In this document: piece by piece, positions 27,701 through 39,342 of the stretch | Layout of the letters: every line of letters starts with the position of its first letter | Position numbering within the stretch: position 1 is the stretch's first letter | NCBI GenBank assembly: GCA_951406725.2 | Contig: OX597820.1 | Location: forward strand, 114,080,001-114,144,000 | DNA length: 64,000 nt | Source of the DNA: Octopus vulgaris | Lineage: Eukaryota | Reading direction: 5' to 3' | Notes under the pieces: generated by a model | Told to the model about the DNA's origin: nothing | What the model saw: the letters and a program-made list of their open reading frames with translations, nothing else | Databases searched by the model: none | Position numbers and translations under genes: made by a program

Positions 27701-30700
27701 ACCTACAGCAAATGTCTGTGTGTCCATGTCTATTTTTTTACCTTTTATCCGTTATTTGTTTCAGTAATTAGACTGCAGTTATCATGGGGCACCGCCTTGA
27801 AGAATTTTAGTCAACCGAATCAACCCCAGTACTTTTTTTTAAGACTTGTACATATTCTGTTGGTCTCTTTTGCTGAACAGCTAAGTTATGGGGATGTAAA
27901 GACACATTGGAGGTCAAGTCGTGGTGGGGGACAAACACATACACACATAGATATATACATATATGACGGGCTTCTTTCAGATTCTGTCTTCCCAGTACTG
28001 CTGCAATCCAGTGACTGAAATGGTGAGGTGGATGTGATAACAAACTATGAAGAAGACGTTGCCTCCTGTGAGAGGTGTAAAATGTCTCAACCAATTAAAT
28101 ATTTAAGAAAAAGAAAACTCCAAATCAAAATTCACTCATTAGCATTTAAACTAGCTGTATCTAGCCCAAATATATTCTACCTGTTTTATACTCAAACTGA
28201 CCAGATCCAGCCTCTCACACCTGCTCTACAATGTCATTCTAAAACTTGGCTGAGTGGTAAGAAGCTTGCTTCCCAACCAGATGGTTTGAGGTTCAGTCCT
28301 TGGGTAAGTGTCTTCTACTATAGTCTCAGGCTAACCAAAGCCTTGATAGATAGAAGCTCAAAGAAGCTCATTTTGTGTGTGTGTATGTATGTATAATTAA
28401 TCAAGAAAAAAATAAAGAAAATCACAAGAAAAAAACAATAACGCGAGGACATGGTACATGCAAAGTATTAAAAGATGCTCAGGGAAGGAAAGGAAGGTAG
28501 TTTTATGTGTTGAGCAAAGCTCTTCTTCAGAAACAGGAGACAGAGGAGAATCCAAGAGAAAAGGAACATGGAAGAAACAAAATCGCCAATGATCCACATG
28601 TAGTTACATTTTGAAGTGTGTATATGTGTGTATGTAAGGATTGGAATCGAAGGGCCTTAGAGTCAACTTAGCTAAAACCAAAGTCCTAATAAGTAGGAAG
28701 GCAGACAAACCACAAATCCCTGCTCGATCTGTAGAAAAGGTGGAGGTAGAAACTTTATAAGATGTACTCAGTAAGCCAACTGCTCCTTGGCTATTTATTT
28801 GTGTATTTTCATTTGATATACATGTGTGTGTATATTTATATATAGGCGCAGTAGTGGCTGTGTGGTAGGTTCCAGGTTCAGTCCCACTATGTGGCAACTT
28901 GGGCAAATGTCTTCTACTATAGCCCTGGACTGGGCAAGGTCTTGTGAGTATATTTGGTAGACGGAAACTGAAAGTAGCCTGTCGTATATATATATATGTA
29001 TGTATGTATACATACACACACACACACACACACACACATACATACAGTGACTGCCCCCTCGTTATCGAGTATGGCCATTGCACGAAGCTTAATCAATATT
29101 GTTATCGTGCAATGCCTGTGCAAGAAGATTTTTTTTTAAAGTGAGGAAAGGCTGTACACAGAGTCAATCCCACTCACTAAGCAACAGCAGCCATAATCTG
29201 AAAAGAAGAACAAGTCAACAACATCGGTAACCACTGAGCCACAGGTTTTATGCCGGAGTTATCCCAGTTACCTGAGTTACCTTCTCCTAGAAGGATGCCC
29301 TAACAAAGGCTAGGAGTCCTTCACTCCCAATGGTTTAACCGTGCAATCGGGTATTCAGTCTGATTATTTCTATGTCCCCACGCATGATACAGCCTTAAGA
29401 CATTTATTGGATGGCCATTGACTCTCAAGAGTTCCTCTGCCCTTTGACGGGTTTTGTTTTTCATCCCACAGGGTGTCCAATAAACACCTTCCTCACCAAG
29501 CAAGCTTGGTGGGGTTGCCGGTTTAGTCGTCGGCGACCCAACCATGCAACAGGTTGTACTGGGTTACATGTTACCAGTAGCACTCAAAAGTGACCTGACA
29601 CAATATATATATATTTATATATACTTTATTTAAAGCAGCAGAAAATTCAACAAAATCTGTTACTCTGAGTTTCTCGTTGCCATTCATCAGACAGTTTTTG
29701 CTAGAATGGAACCGATATATCAATTCAATCCAGACTCTTACAAATGCTACACCTTTAAAAAAATGGACTTGTTTATCTTCGAGCGATAAACAAAAAATGA
29801 GCTCAAAAATATATGTATATATATATAAAAAAAATTATAAAAATTATAAAATTCGAGGAAAAAACCTTACATTAAATAAAATACATATTGACGTTAATGA
29901 AGAAAATATAATTAATGCATTGAAATTAAAACTTATTATAAATATTACACTGCAATACATATTCATATTAAAGTGTACATATATATATCAACATACACAG
30001 AAGGATGCGTGCAAACGCCATACATATACAGACGTATAAATATAAATCTAAAATATACACAGAAGGATGCGTGCAAACGCCATACATATACAGACGTATA
30101 AATATAAATCTAAAATATACACACAAATGCATGCATACATATATGTACGCAATCTATCTCGCACGTAAGTTAAAATCATCGATGTAGCGTTTCTCATTTA
30201 CGTAGTAAAGCTTAAGTAAGGGGGCGTAAAGTTGTATCAGTATCAGTTAGAGAAAAAACGAAAGAAAGGAAGAGAGAAAAAGGAACGAAGAAGGGGGAAG
30301 GAAAAAAGAAAAAGGAGGGGTGGGGAAAAAAAACGAAATAAGAAAAATTATGTATACAAGCTGCGTAACCGCGTTATTGACATATATGGAGACAAGTATA
30401 CAAATACACAAGTTCGAATGGATACATACACATACAGTTGTGTATGTGTGTGCTTAAGCACAAACATACGCTCACTTACACATACACATAGACGCATGCT
30501 TACAAATACATATCCATGGCTATACACATATTTACATCAAAATTCTAATTTTTGACAACATTGATTTTTTAAAAAAAGGTGAGTGCAATAATGAAAAATA
30601 TACGAAAGACATATAAAATATAACACCCTATTTTGGATCATCTATAAATTAAAAATCAAGGTAATCCTATACAATACAATAACATGAAATAAACAAAGCC

Positions 30701-33700
30701 GAAGGTTTTTCCTAATGTATATGTAGAAATATAAACAAAATAAACAAAATATATGCATGAGACTTTGCTATACGGAATGAAATCTGCATAGCGCAAAACA
30801 AATCCATCGTCGTGTTTACATACTAGTCCAAGAGTCAAAATCAAAATTTCAAAAATCAAAAATACAAAATATATACACTATCCATATGGTATATTTATAT
30901 TTGACATTTTAAATTTGGTTGCGTGTCTACGTAAGTTCATTAGCTCACTTCTTTGATTCAAAGAATTATTGTCTTTGAATAAAATGTATAGTTTTTCTAA
31001 TAGGCAAAGCTTGCATTTAAAATTATTTCTGTGTGCTCCATGCCTGTATGGTGCCGCTCTGTCCAGAATGCTCCATGTCACGTTGAAAGGTGGGGTTTCC
31101 TTTTCTTTTAGTTCCCAGACATATTTTGCTAGGCTGGTCCTCTTCCTATTCTCTGGGTATCTAAATGAATTTTTATGTGAATAAAATCGTGTTTTAAATG
31201 AATTTTCTGAAGCCCCTGTATATGTCTTGTATTCCGATGAGCCTTCTATTTGCACCTTGGCTCTATAAACTACTCCTTTCACTAGACATTTCCCTTCTAA
31301 CGGACAGGAGCTTTCGTTTTTGAAATTGCATTTCTTAATGGGGTCGGCACCATGTCTAATCTCAATATATATATATATATACACATACACACACACACAT
31401 ACATACATACATACATACACACACACACATTGTTACGCCGTCGCTCAACTCAACTTAGGACCCTAAGTCGGCGATGACGACTACGCTCAGTCAAACGGAA
31501 ATCCACCACAGAAAGCGGGGGTGGGCAGTGAACGCAAACCAGTAACCAGAGACAACAGCAACAAAGGAGAGAGACAGCAGAGGCAGTTGCTTACATTTAA
31601 CAACAATTTATATAATTCACAACATCAATTGAAACATTTCAAATACATTTAAAAACAAGGTTAACAGACATTTAACAGACCGTACACAGAGTTGAAAACA
31701 ATCAAAACAATCAATGTCATTTAGCAGAATACAACGTCCGGCAACACCGGGTCATAATGCTAATGTATGCATATACAGCTGTGTGCGGGCACACATACAC
31801 GTGAGTTCTGTCCAAATCTCCAACCAATCACATACAGCTAGCTGGCATTCAATTGGCGTATCAAGTTTCGGGCATTTTGATTGAGTTTTGGATAGAAAAT
31901 TCACAAAAAAGTCACTTCTATTGATTTTTTAATGGCTTTGCGGGGTGACTGGGGAAATGTAACGATGTGCATGAACTCCCTTGGACAGTTTTGAATGACC
32001 ATAGAAAGTGCGATCCCTCTAACTGAAAAATTGTGGATTTGTATAAAGGACTCACACACAGACATTTTGCCGTTTATATATAGAGAGATTTTGTTTATTG
32101 CATGCTTAAGACCATAAGTTGAAAGGACCAATGAAGCAGAACCATTTTCAAATATGTATCCATTAAACTAATTGTGTATGTTTGCTTATAACCTTATTTC
32201 TGTTCCATTTTAAACAAAACTGTCCAACAAACAGGAACAGGAAACTCTGAGTAACAGTTTTTGTGATATTTTTGCTGCTTTTCAATAAAGTATATGTATG
32301 CATACATCTATGTGTTTGTCTCCCCCATCACCGCTTGACAACCAGTGTTGGTGTGTTTACATCCCTGCAACTTAGCAGCTCGGCAAAAGCAACTGATAAA
32401 ATAAGTAGTAGGCTTAATAGATAAGTCTGGGATCAATCCATTGCTCCAGCATGGCCACAGTCAAATGACTGAAATAAGTGAAAGAATAAAAGAACAATTA
32501 TGTCATTGAAATTTTGATGCTACAACATGATAAATGTCAAAATGTAAAGAAATAAACTTTATATTTGCTGGAGTAATCATCATCATCGTTTAACGTCCGT
32601 TCTCCATGCTAGCATGGGTTGGACTCTGAATGCTAATGGGTTGATTACTGAAAACTTTACATGGTCTACTCGAGTAAAGTCTTGGAATTAGCTTTAGAAG
32701 ATTTTAAAGTTTTTCTATGTTTATTTTTGATGACTTTTTACTATGTTTTTTTAAACCTTCTTTCTTATTTTACCAGGTATTCTTCATCAGGAGACTATCC
32801 ATCTAAAGTTAAACATGTATTTAGAAAATGTGAGTATCCATAAATATGAAATATTTAAAACCCTTTCATTACCATATTTCTGTTGAAAGTCACTGCTTTT
32901 GTTTCAGTTACTTTTTAAAAGACTGGGGAACTTAGTAAAATAACTTTTGTCACTGTTCAAGGTAGTTTCTAAAACATAATGTGGAACTTTGATGGAAGAT
33001 TTTTATTTAACCCTTGTGTTATCAAACTGCTGTTGAAATAGACTCTCTTTGTTTCGGTTAGTTTTGAAACCAATGAAGAATTTAGTAAAATAACTTTGAA
33101 GTGGTTGGTGTTGGGGAGAGCATCCAACTATAGAAACCATGTCAAGGTAGACCTTAGAACTATGCCAGCACGGAATGCAAACGTCAAATGGCAATGATTC
33201 ATCATCATCATCATTGCTTAACATCCGTTTTCCATGCTAGCATGGGTTGGACAGTTCGACCGGGGTCCAGGAAGCCAGGAGGCTGCACCAGGCTCCAGTC
33301 TGATCTGGCAGTGTTTCTACAGCTGGATGCCCTTCCTAACGCCAACCACTCCGTGAGTGTAGTGGGAGCTTTTTATGTGCCAGGCGAGGCTGGCAACGGC
33401 CCCGATCAGTTAGTGCTTTTTACGTGCCACCGGCATGGAAGCCAGTCAAGGTGGTGCTGGCATTGGCCACATACGGATGGTACTTTTTAGGTGCCAGGGT
33501 AGGCTGGCAATGGCCACAAACGTTTGGTGCTTTTTACGTGCCACCGGCACAGAAGCCAGTCATGGCGGCGCTGGCATAAGATCAAAATTTCCTCAAATTT
33601 TGGCTCAAGGACTGTAATTTCATTGGAGGTGGTAAGTTGATTACATGAATCCCAGTTCTTGACCAGTGCATATTTTTTCAACCGAAAAGAATCATAAGCA

Positions 33701-36700
33701 AAGTCAACTTCAGGAGTATTTGAACTCAAAATGTAAAGACAGAGGAAACGTTGTTAAACACTCTGCCTGATATGCTAATAATTCAACCAGCTCACCACCA
33801 AGAGACTCTCACTCTTTGTGTCTAGTAGGAATATTTCATTGTCTACTGTCTACTGTCAAGTCTACATCTGCCAGAATACTCTCTCATCGCTCTAACACTC
33901 TTTTCATTCTTCTCTCCCTCCCATTGTGTCATATGACTAAAGATGGCAGTGGATTTCTCCTCCTCATTGTAACTAAGGATGTCACTGGACCTATCTAACC
34001 CTCTCATCTCTTCAACACAACCCCTGCCTCTCTCATCCTCATCAACCTCTATATTTCACTCATCATGAGGCTTATAGATAAAGGATCACATCAGATGTGC
34101 ATGGCACCCTATCCAACTCTACCATTACCTTTTCTATCTTCCTTTCCTTGGACACTTGTTATTGACATTTACTCTTAGCATTTATCCACCTCACCTTTAC
34201 CCACTGACTTTAATTCCTCTTTGTTGACTTCAACTTCTGTGTCTGAAAGATTCTGGGATAGCTGGTCTACTATCCCATTGTTCATGCTGTCAGCCACCTA
34301 GAAAACCCCAGAATAGTTGAACTATGTATGTTACTATCCATCTCTCTCTCTCTCCCCCTTTACCACTATCCTGACCCCATTACTCTGTTTTTACCATCAC
34401 ACCCTTACTCCTTTCATCCACTTATCCTGATTCTTTCATCTTCCTTTCTTTTATTCACTGCCTCGGCCATGTAGCCCTACATGTAGCCCTACAAAAACAT
34501 GTATAGAGTGATGAGGGCTATTAAGATAGAAAGCAACTTCACTAATTGGTGCCAAAAAATAAAAGTGTTGCTAAGTGAGTGTAAAGTGGTTGGTAACTGA
34601 GTGGAAACATGGGGAGAGGTTGAGAGGACCCTTTAGGCTTGTTGATACCTGATAATCTGTCAAGTATTGGTGTTGTGATAAAATGCACCCAGTCCACTCT
34701 GTAAAGGGATTGGTGTTGGGATGGGCATCCAACCTTAGGAAACCAAACTGTAAATTAAATGTAATAACAAGGTGTAGTCCCCAACCCATCTAGGAGGGCA
34801 GTAATTCTGAATATAAACTGGTTTGGACCGTGATGACCTGGTCAACTCTTACGAGCATTCTACAGCAAAATTATGATTCAATTTTTTTAAATTAAAAATA
34901 TATTTTTTTCATTTTATCAATTTTGTCAATTCACTTTAAGGTTCTAACAACACTTCTGACGGAATTTTGAAGCAATATTTCCACATCTGCAATGACAGTG
35001 CTCGAGAAAACCTTATTGCCAGTATCAACATGGACAAAAACAAGTGTTTGCAAGATCTGAAGGTCACAGAAGAAAGATTGGCAGGTTCGTGAAAAAACAG
35101 AGATTCCCTTCTTTTATCTCATCGTTTATATAGATTGGTGGTGGTCTTGGTCTTATGTTATAATTCCATTCACATCTAATATGATTTATAGGAATATTAA
35201 ATTGATCTAAGTACTTGGCTGGTACTTTATTTTAGTTCAGTCCTCTCTGCCTCGCTCAGGCAATGCATATAGGCTAAAGGGTCAAATACTTGTGATTCTG
35301 AGATACCTGCTGATAACATTGAAGGGTTTCCAACTTTGTGGTGGATTTAGAAGAGCCTGCAAAATCTGAGTAGCTCCTGCAGTTTCAGCATGGGACAAAG
35401 TATCTCTGGTATTTATTTCACCTTATATGGAACCCAAAAGCACGAGAGGCACAGGGGTTCTCAGTAGGATTTGAATTCAGAATGTGAGAGGCCATCACTA
35501 AATATCACAGGCATTTTGTCTTACGATTCTGCTAATCCACCATCTTGATTGTCATGGTTGGTGGTGGTGACGTAGGGGTGGCAGGGGCAAGGGTGTCATG
35601 GTTGGTGGTGGTGACATAGGGGTGGCAGGGGCAAGGGTGTTCATGCTCAGTCAGCCCTAATTCTGCTGATCTGTCTTCTTCTTGTCTTGAGACAGCATTC
35701 ACCCGGGGTGGGTTGTGCTGGCTTCATTCATCTTCAATGCTGCATCTCTCACAAACGCCGACCAGACCTGGCGATTTGAGGCTCCAACCACTCTTTATTC
35801 CAGTGGCAAACGCCGTAGATATGGGGTCCTAGGTTGGGTTCCAGACCAGCCTTGACTGTCATCAGCCAGGTTTTACGTTGTCCACCACATCACTTTCACC
35901 AGCCCTGAAAGGGAGCTGGGGCAATTGCTTCGTAGATCTGTGATCAAATATGTCCTTCCTTTTATTAAAATCGTAAACTTATAATCTTTTCTACAATAGG
36001 TGCAAGGCCTGAGATATTGGAGGAAGTTACTAATTGATTACATTGGCCTCTAGTACTCATCTGGAACTTATTTTATCAACCCCAATGAGATGGAAGGCAA
36101 GGTCAACCTTGGTGGGATTTGAACTCACAATGTGGTCACTAATCATTCTGTCTAGTATGCTAATAATTCACAATGATGATAATAATTCTTTATAATTTTG
36201 GCAGAAGGCCAACAATTTTGAAGGGAAGGGAAAATCAATAACATTGACCCCAGTTTTTGTCTGGTACTTATTTTATTGACCCTGAAATTATGAAAGACAA
36301 AGTCGACCTTGGCAGCATTTGAACTTAGATTGTAATGCTAAAAGAAATGCCACTCAGCATTCTGACCCAAGATAACAATTCTGCTAGCTTGCCCTGTCTT
36401 GATAATAATAATGATTATGATGATGATGATGATGATGATCATCATCATCATCATCATTTAGCGTCCGCTTTCCATGCTAACATGGGTTGGACGGTTCAAC
36501 TGGGGTCTGGGAAGCCAGGAAGCTGCATCAGGCCCAGTCTGATCTGGCAGTGTTTCTACGGCTGGATGCCCTTCCTAACACCAACCACTCCGTGAGTGTA
36601 GTGGGTGCTTTTTACGTGCCACCTGCACAGGTGCCAGATGGAGCTGGCAATGGCCACGATCGGATGGTGCTTTTTACGTGCCACCGGCACGGGGGCCAGG

Positions 36701-37300
36701 CGGGGCTGGCAACGGCCACGAACAGATGGTGCTACGTGCCACCGGTACGGGGGCCAGGTGAGGCTGGCAATGGACACGAACGTGCCACCGGCACGGAGGC
36801 CAGTCGGGGTGGCGCTGGCAACGGCCATGATCGGATGGTTCGCTTACTTAATCCTTTCTACTATAGGCACAAGGCCAATAACAATTTAGAATAGGTGTAA
36901 GAGGCTGGATGTGACCAGTTTCAACAGACAACAGGTAGAATATTTGGAGTGCTATGGCTGATTTAAATGCTAAATAGCTAATCATTCACCCATTTATGTA
37001 AATGTCAACTTGAAAAAAGAATACTGTTTTGTTTTTCTCATAATTCATTCACCATTTGTTTTTGTTTCTCTTTATCTCTCCATTGCAGCTTTATCTCGAC
37101 AGATTGAATCCATATGTACAGAGAAACACAAAAAAGAGACTGAAATACGTCGACTTATGATAGAGATAAAAGGGTTTGATCAGAGCTTGGAGAAACTGAA
37201 AGAAGAGAAGCAAGAGCTGACAGAAAAGTCCTCCTCACTTGATGCTAAAATCTCTCTATGTGTGTCTGTCTTAAAGATGGTCCTCAACAAAAACACATGA
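5715..37300 (+). CDS. Gene A (11-exon model): ankyrin-repeat plus coiled-coil protein with a Cdc10/Swi6/Mbp1-like ankyrin domain; 5' end possibly outside the window
   Basis: Exons 5715-5774, 11864-11932, 15393-15558, 16905-16989, 17311-17619, 19665-19804, 22626-22913, 27566-27606, 32777-32829, 34941-35084, 37089-37300. All are AG/GT bounded with matching phases (2,2,0,1,1,0,0,2,1,1) and join into one 1567-nt open frame ending at TGA 37298-37300. First in-frame ATG at 5743 (512 aa), but the frame is open upstream of it. Confidence 0.85.
6270..7142 (+). mobile_element. Degenerate Tc1/mariner element of maT/DD37D type
   Basis: CAGGGTG… / …CACCCT TIRs inside a TA tract; QDSAPCH…WPPNSPDCNPLDY catalytic region. 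Confidence 0.85.
8257..8575 (+). mobile_element. Non-autonomous Helitron-like element
   Basis: A|TCTCTATATATATAAA 5' end, CTAG|T 3' end preceded by a GC-rich palindrome (gtgcgcatgcac); second copy inverted at about 31760-32088. Confidence 0.7.
10239..10466. mobile_element. piggyBac-like MITE (second family)
   Basis: TTAA-CCCTTTTG…CAAAAGGG-TTAA. Confidence 0.7.
10790..11168 (-). mobile_element. tRNA-derived SINE family 1, young copy
   Basis: Near-identical to 39993-40410 (+) and 55890-56225 (-); A/B-box-like head GTGGCTGTGTGGT…GGTTCAGTCCC. Confidence 0.85.
11864..11932 (+). CDS. Gene A exon 2 (NEPLTPAETPPIHTADADLPSFL)
   Basis: ttttctctctag|G...CT|gtaagt; 69 nt, phase 2-2. Confidence 0.75.
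12650..13022 (+). mobile_element. SINE family 3 with (GAT)n tail; other copies at about 2149-2295, 16340-16800(-), 18090-18280, 18540-18950, 19940-20155, 33200-33580(-), 36440-36840(-), 48640-48797, 61835-62090
   Basis: Recurrent core gagtggttggcgttaggaagggcatccagctgtagaaac…ggacgttaaacgatgatgatg. Confidence 0.85.
13305..13803 (+). mobile_element. RTE-clade LINE, 3' fragment
   Basis: KIFKATVKPILLYGSETWTL…QFAGHC RTE C-terminal motifs followed by a (GAT)n tail. Confidence 0.9.
14820..15325. mobile_element. Penelope-type fold-back terminus with inverted arms
   Basis: 14820-15040 is the reverse complement of 15135-15325; each arm carries a hammerhead motif. Confidence 0.7.
15206..15251 (+). ncRNA. 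Minimal type-I hammerhead ribozyme motif, canonical CUGAUGA core; inverted copy at 14925-14970(-)
   Basis: gacac-CTGATGA-a-GGCTG(gagagtaaat)CAGCC-GAAA-ca-TT-gtggt; stem III appears CpG-decayed. Confidence 0.65.
15393..15558 (+). CDS. Gene A exon 3 (KDQAYPIKCPPFCNKCCTNKHSKLLLALLNCD...NYYE)
   Basis: ctactttcag|G...GAG|gttggt; 166 nt, phase 2-0, open frame. Confidence 0.8.
15740..15972 (+). mobile_element. SINE family 2; other copies at about 21066-21430, 41046-41275, 44223-44378, 60290-60500(-), with many degenerate copies at 35980-36400 and 61200-62980
   Basis: aggcggtgagctggcagaaacgttagcacg…gccgaggtcgactttgcctttcatcctttcggggtcgataaattaagtacc. Confidence 0.85.
16905..16989 (+). CDS. Gene A exon 4, ankyrin repeat start (…NPEYRYPLMHWAAIL)
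   Basis: poly-T tcag acceptor, A|gtaagt donor; ankyrin-type PLMHWAA motif; phase 0-1. Confidence 0.9.
17311..17619 (+). CDS. Gene A exon 5, ankyrin repeats (KLNILKWLASAGYNIN…GDTALHR…NRAGLTPF…ILNFAKERP)
   Basis: tttttaatag|GT...G|gtgagt; 309 nt, phase 1-1; GDTALH and GLTPF ankyrin motifs. Confidence 0.92.
19665..19804 (+). CDS. Gene A exon 6, ankyrin repeat (LFNQQTKHGQSALHLIA…LVAAGANVQCLNKE)
   Basis: tctacag|GA...GAG|gtaagc; phase 1-0; GQSALH and GANV motifs. Confidence 0.92.
22626..22913 (+). CDS. Gene A exon 7, last ankyrin repeat (GQTPFSLAVNLGQLRVAQYL) plus Ser/Pro-rich linker ending KRIKVEGSL
   Basis: aaatctag|GGT...CTG|gtgagt; 288 nt, phase 0-0. Confidence 0.9.
23429..23758. mobile_element. 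Penelope-type fold-back element carrying GUGAACA hammerhead-like motifs (older copy)
   Basis: Hairpin 23495-23758 plus a unique arm; homologous to 53270-53583. Confidence 0.7.
23890..25052 (+). mobile_element. Chapaev3-type DNA transposon, degenerate transposase with right TIR
   Basis: HNGN..PS.P.AHS, ICGDLKV, QSGSTKYCCFLC, GIFVGPQIR, GCRMSLKVYFL..HLDFF..NLGAVSDEHGERFH, MLADYCW motifs; ends tgttgaccaatg. Confidence 0.8.
25097..26416 (-). mobile_element. Full-length (1320 bp) mariner element with frameshifted transposase
   Basis: TA-CGAGGGGCGTTCAATAAGTAATGCCCCTG / CAGGGGCATTACTTATTGAACGTCCCTCG-TA TIRs; HTH region (RAVIRFLYLKG…VKRWYREFK), VMLTVFWD, LLLQDNA. Confidence 0.95.
26475..26880 (-). 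mobile_element. RTE-clade LINE 3' fragment with C-terminal C2H2-like motif
   Basis: LPKIALFGEL..G.R.RGAPRKRYKD…FVCGHCSRTCLSHIGLVSH. Confidence 0.9.
27566..27606 (+). CDS. Gene A exon 8 (PSDYESDVSENTGQ)
   Basis: Pyrimidine tract, atcag|CCT...CA|gtaagt; phase 0-2. Confidence 0.75.
29040..29600 (-). mobile_element. Probable LINE 5'-region fragment
   Basis: GC/CpG-richer island with the motif ctagcctttgttagggcatccttctaggagaaggtaactc on the minus strand, which I recall from RTE-like 5' UTRs; no ORF support. Confidence 0.35.
29620..31365 (-). mobile_element. 5'-truncated Penelope-like retroelement (Neptune-type GIY-YIG endonuclease, long 3' UTR, terminal hammerhead)
   Basis: ORF 30878-31360: CN..SCPLEGKCLVKGVVYRA…YTGASENSFKTRFYSH…WSIL…CKLCLLEK…LNQRSEL; hammerhead at 29657-29694 on the same strand. 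Confidence 0.88.
29657..29694 (-). ncRNA. Hammerhead ribozyme motif at the 3' end of the Penelope element
   Basis: ctgt-CTGATGA-ATG(GCAA)CGA-GAAA-CTC(A)GAG-TA-acag; stem II imperfect. Confidence 0.65.
31431..31746. mobile_element. Possible solo LTR
   Basis: 316-bp CpG-rich island with TGTT…AACA ends; no TSD recognised. Confidence 0.35.
31760..32088 (-). mobile_element. Helitron-like element, second copy
   Basis: Reverse complement of 8257-8570. Confidence 0.7.
32777..32829 (+). CDS. Gene A exon 9 (YSSSGDYPSKVKHVFRK)
   Basis: ttttaccag|G...AAAT|gtgagt; phase 2-1. Confidence 0.75.
34941..35084 (+). CDS. Gene A exon 10 (…LKQYFHICNDSARENLIASINMDKNKCLQDLKVTEERLA)
   Basis: cactttaag|GT...G|gttcgt; 144 nt, phase 1-1; similar to gene B exon 53854-53994. 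Confidence 0.85.
35548..35640 (+). repeat. Two tandem copies of a ~46-bp G-rich unit
   Basis: gtcatggttggtggtggtgac(g/a)taggggtggcaggggcaagggt x2. Confidence 0.85.
35675..35940 (-). mobile_element. RTE-like LINE extreme 3' fragment
   Basis: Minus-strand translation GW*K*CGGQRKTWLMTVK…GPHIYG…WNKEW…VWSAFVRDA, followed by a caagacaagaagaag tail. Confidence 0.65.
37089..37300 (+). CDS. Gene A terminal coding exon, coiled coil (LSRQIESICTEKHKKETEIRRLMIEIK…KISLCVSVLKMVLNKNT*)
   Basis: Strong pyrimidine tract, ttgcag|CT; heptad-like hydrophobic spacing; TGA stop. Confidence 0.88.
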
Positions 37301-37539
37301 TCTCAACTTTGTATGTTCTGTTGCAGAATGCAGCTCATTCTGAGAGTTTACCACCCAAGAAATTATTCTAGCAACCCTCCCCCAAAAACCATCCATTTCT
37401 TTCTCGTGTTGAAGAAACCAATGAGAAGGAAGGGGAACGAAAAAAATAACCCAGAAAATTGGAGAAAATGAAGAGACAGAAATGACTTTATATTTTATAT
37501 ATATAAATATATATCATATATATATATATATAAATATAT

Positions 37540-37576
<37 letters not shown>

Positions 37577-37613
37577 TATATAGATATATATATAAATATA
37601 TATCATATATATA

Positions 37614-37654
<41 letters not shown>

Positions 37655-37725
37655 TGCACATATTCATAATACACACACCTAGTGTCTTGACTTTTGAGTT
37701 TAATGATATCAATACATACACATGC

Positions 37726-37757
<32 letters not shown>

Positions 37758-39301
37758 GATGCAGGTATAGGTGTACGGCTAAGAAGTTCACTTCCCAGCC
37801 ACATGGTTTCAGGTTCAGTCCCACTGCACAGCATCTTGGGCAAGTGTCTTCTACTATAGCCTCAAGCTGACCAAATCCATGTGAGTGTATATGGTTGGCA
37901 GAAACTGTAAGAAGTCCATGTGCATCATATATACATGTATATGTATATATGCATGAATATGTGTGTGTGTTTGTTTATACATGTGTCACCTTGTCTTGAC
38001 ATCATATGATAGTTATAAACAAGCGTCACCATACAAGCAGTGTTGTTCATTTTCAATCCTCCATAAAAACATGCCTGGCTATGGGGAGATATCACCTTAC
38101 TTAAAAACAGGTTCAGGTTACAACAGGAAGAGCATCCAGCTGTAGAAAATCTGCCTCAATAAATTCTTTCTGACCTATGCAAGTATGGAAAAGTGGGCAT
38201 TAAAATGATGATGACGATGACGATGATGATGATGATGATGATACAAACAGCACACACACACACATTTTCCTTCTCTTCGTTGTCATTTTAATATCCATTT
38301 CTGTTGTATTGGCATAGGTTGGATAAGTCTGCACTGCAGCAAGCATATTACCATTCTTTATGTTGTGTCATCTCATTTGTGAATCTTAACGTTCTGAGAT
38401 CCAACATCTTCACCTACTCTATGTTGCTCTACCATTTTTTGCTTCCACTGATGCTTCAGTCAAATAACTTGGCATACATCATCCACTCAAATCACATGTC
38501 CTGTATGTTTCAGATGATATCTTTAATGCCTGAACCATTCTCTGACCTCTCCCAATCATCCACATTTGTCTCTCTCTGCTACATAGCGTATTTTCGTATA
38601 CATATTTCCTGCAGAGAGGAAAGCTTTCTAAACAATTCCTTAAATCTCTAGTTACTATGCCCTTGTAATTACTTTTTATGCTAATCAGATCACTTCAATA
38701 ACACACCACCATCTATGTCTAGTGAGCTGTCTGAAATTATGTTCAAGCATTCCAGGGCTTATATTTCAAGAGTGCTATGTCTGTATATCTTTCATCTTTG
38801 CAGTCCTGGTCCTCTCTCTAATAATCTACCAGAGATTTCACTTCATCTTTAGTATGCACACATTGTTTGTACTAAATATACACCATCAGGTTCCTATCTA
38901 TTCCCTTCCTATATACTGAGTAAGGCCACAACTGAAATGGTTCTGGTATTTTGTGTTTTCTTTCACTAATTAGTGCTTTGTATTTTACTATGTTGACTGT
39001 TGGGCCTTTGGATCATTCTTTAAGGTTTGAAATTTTCTGCACATGATCAACAAATTCTACAATGAGATCTGGATCATCTAGCATATAGAATATCCCAAAA
39101 ACAACCAACTTTGAACACATACAGTATTATATCCTCATTCTCTATAATGAATAGTTGTAGGAGGCGGAGGACAGAGTTCTGGTTAACACCTACCTCATAG
39201 AATTCACTGCAGGTGTTTATTTATGTATATTCTAGCTTTGGCATCTTTTCTTTGCAATGTCTTTTGTTTTTTTTAACTTTCTTTCTCTCATTTTATCCCT
39301 T

Positions 39302-39342
<41 letters not shown>

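Noticed and set aside
36600-36840. Regularly spaced repeats superficially like a CRISPR array
   Set aside because: Internal SINE modules with non-unique spacers in a eukaryotic context; no cas genes.
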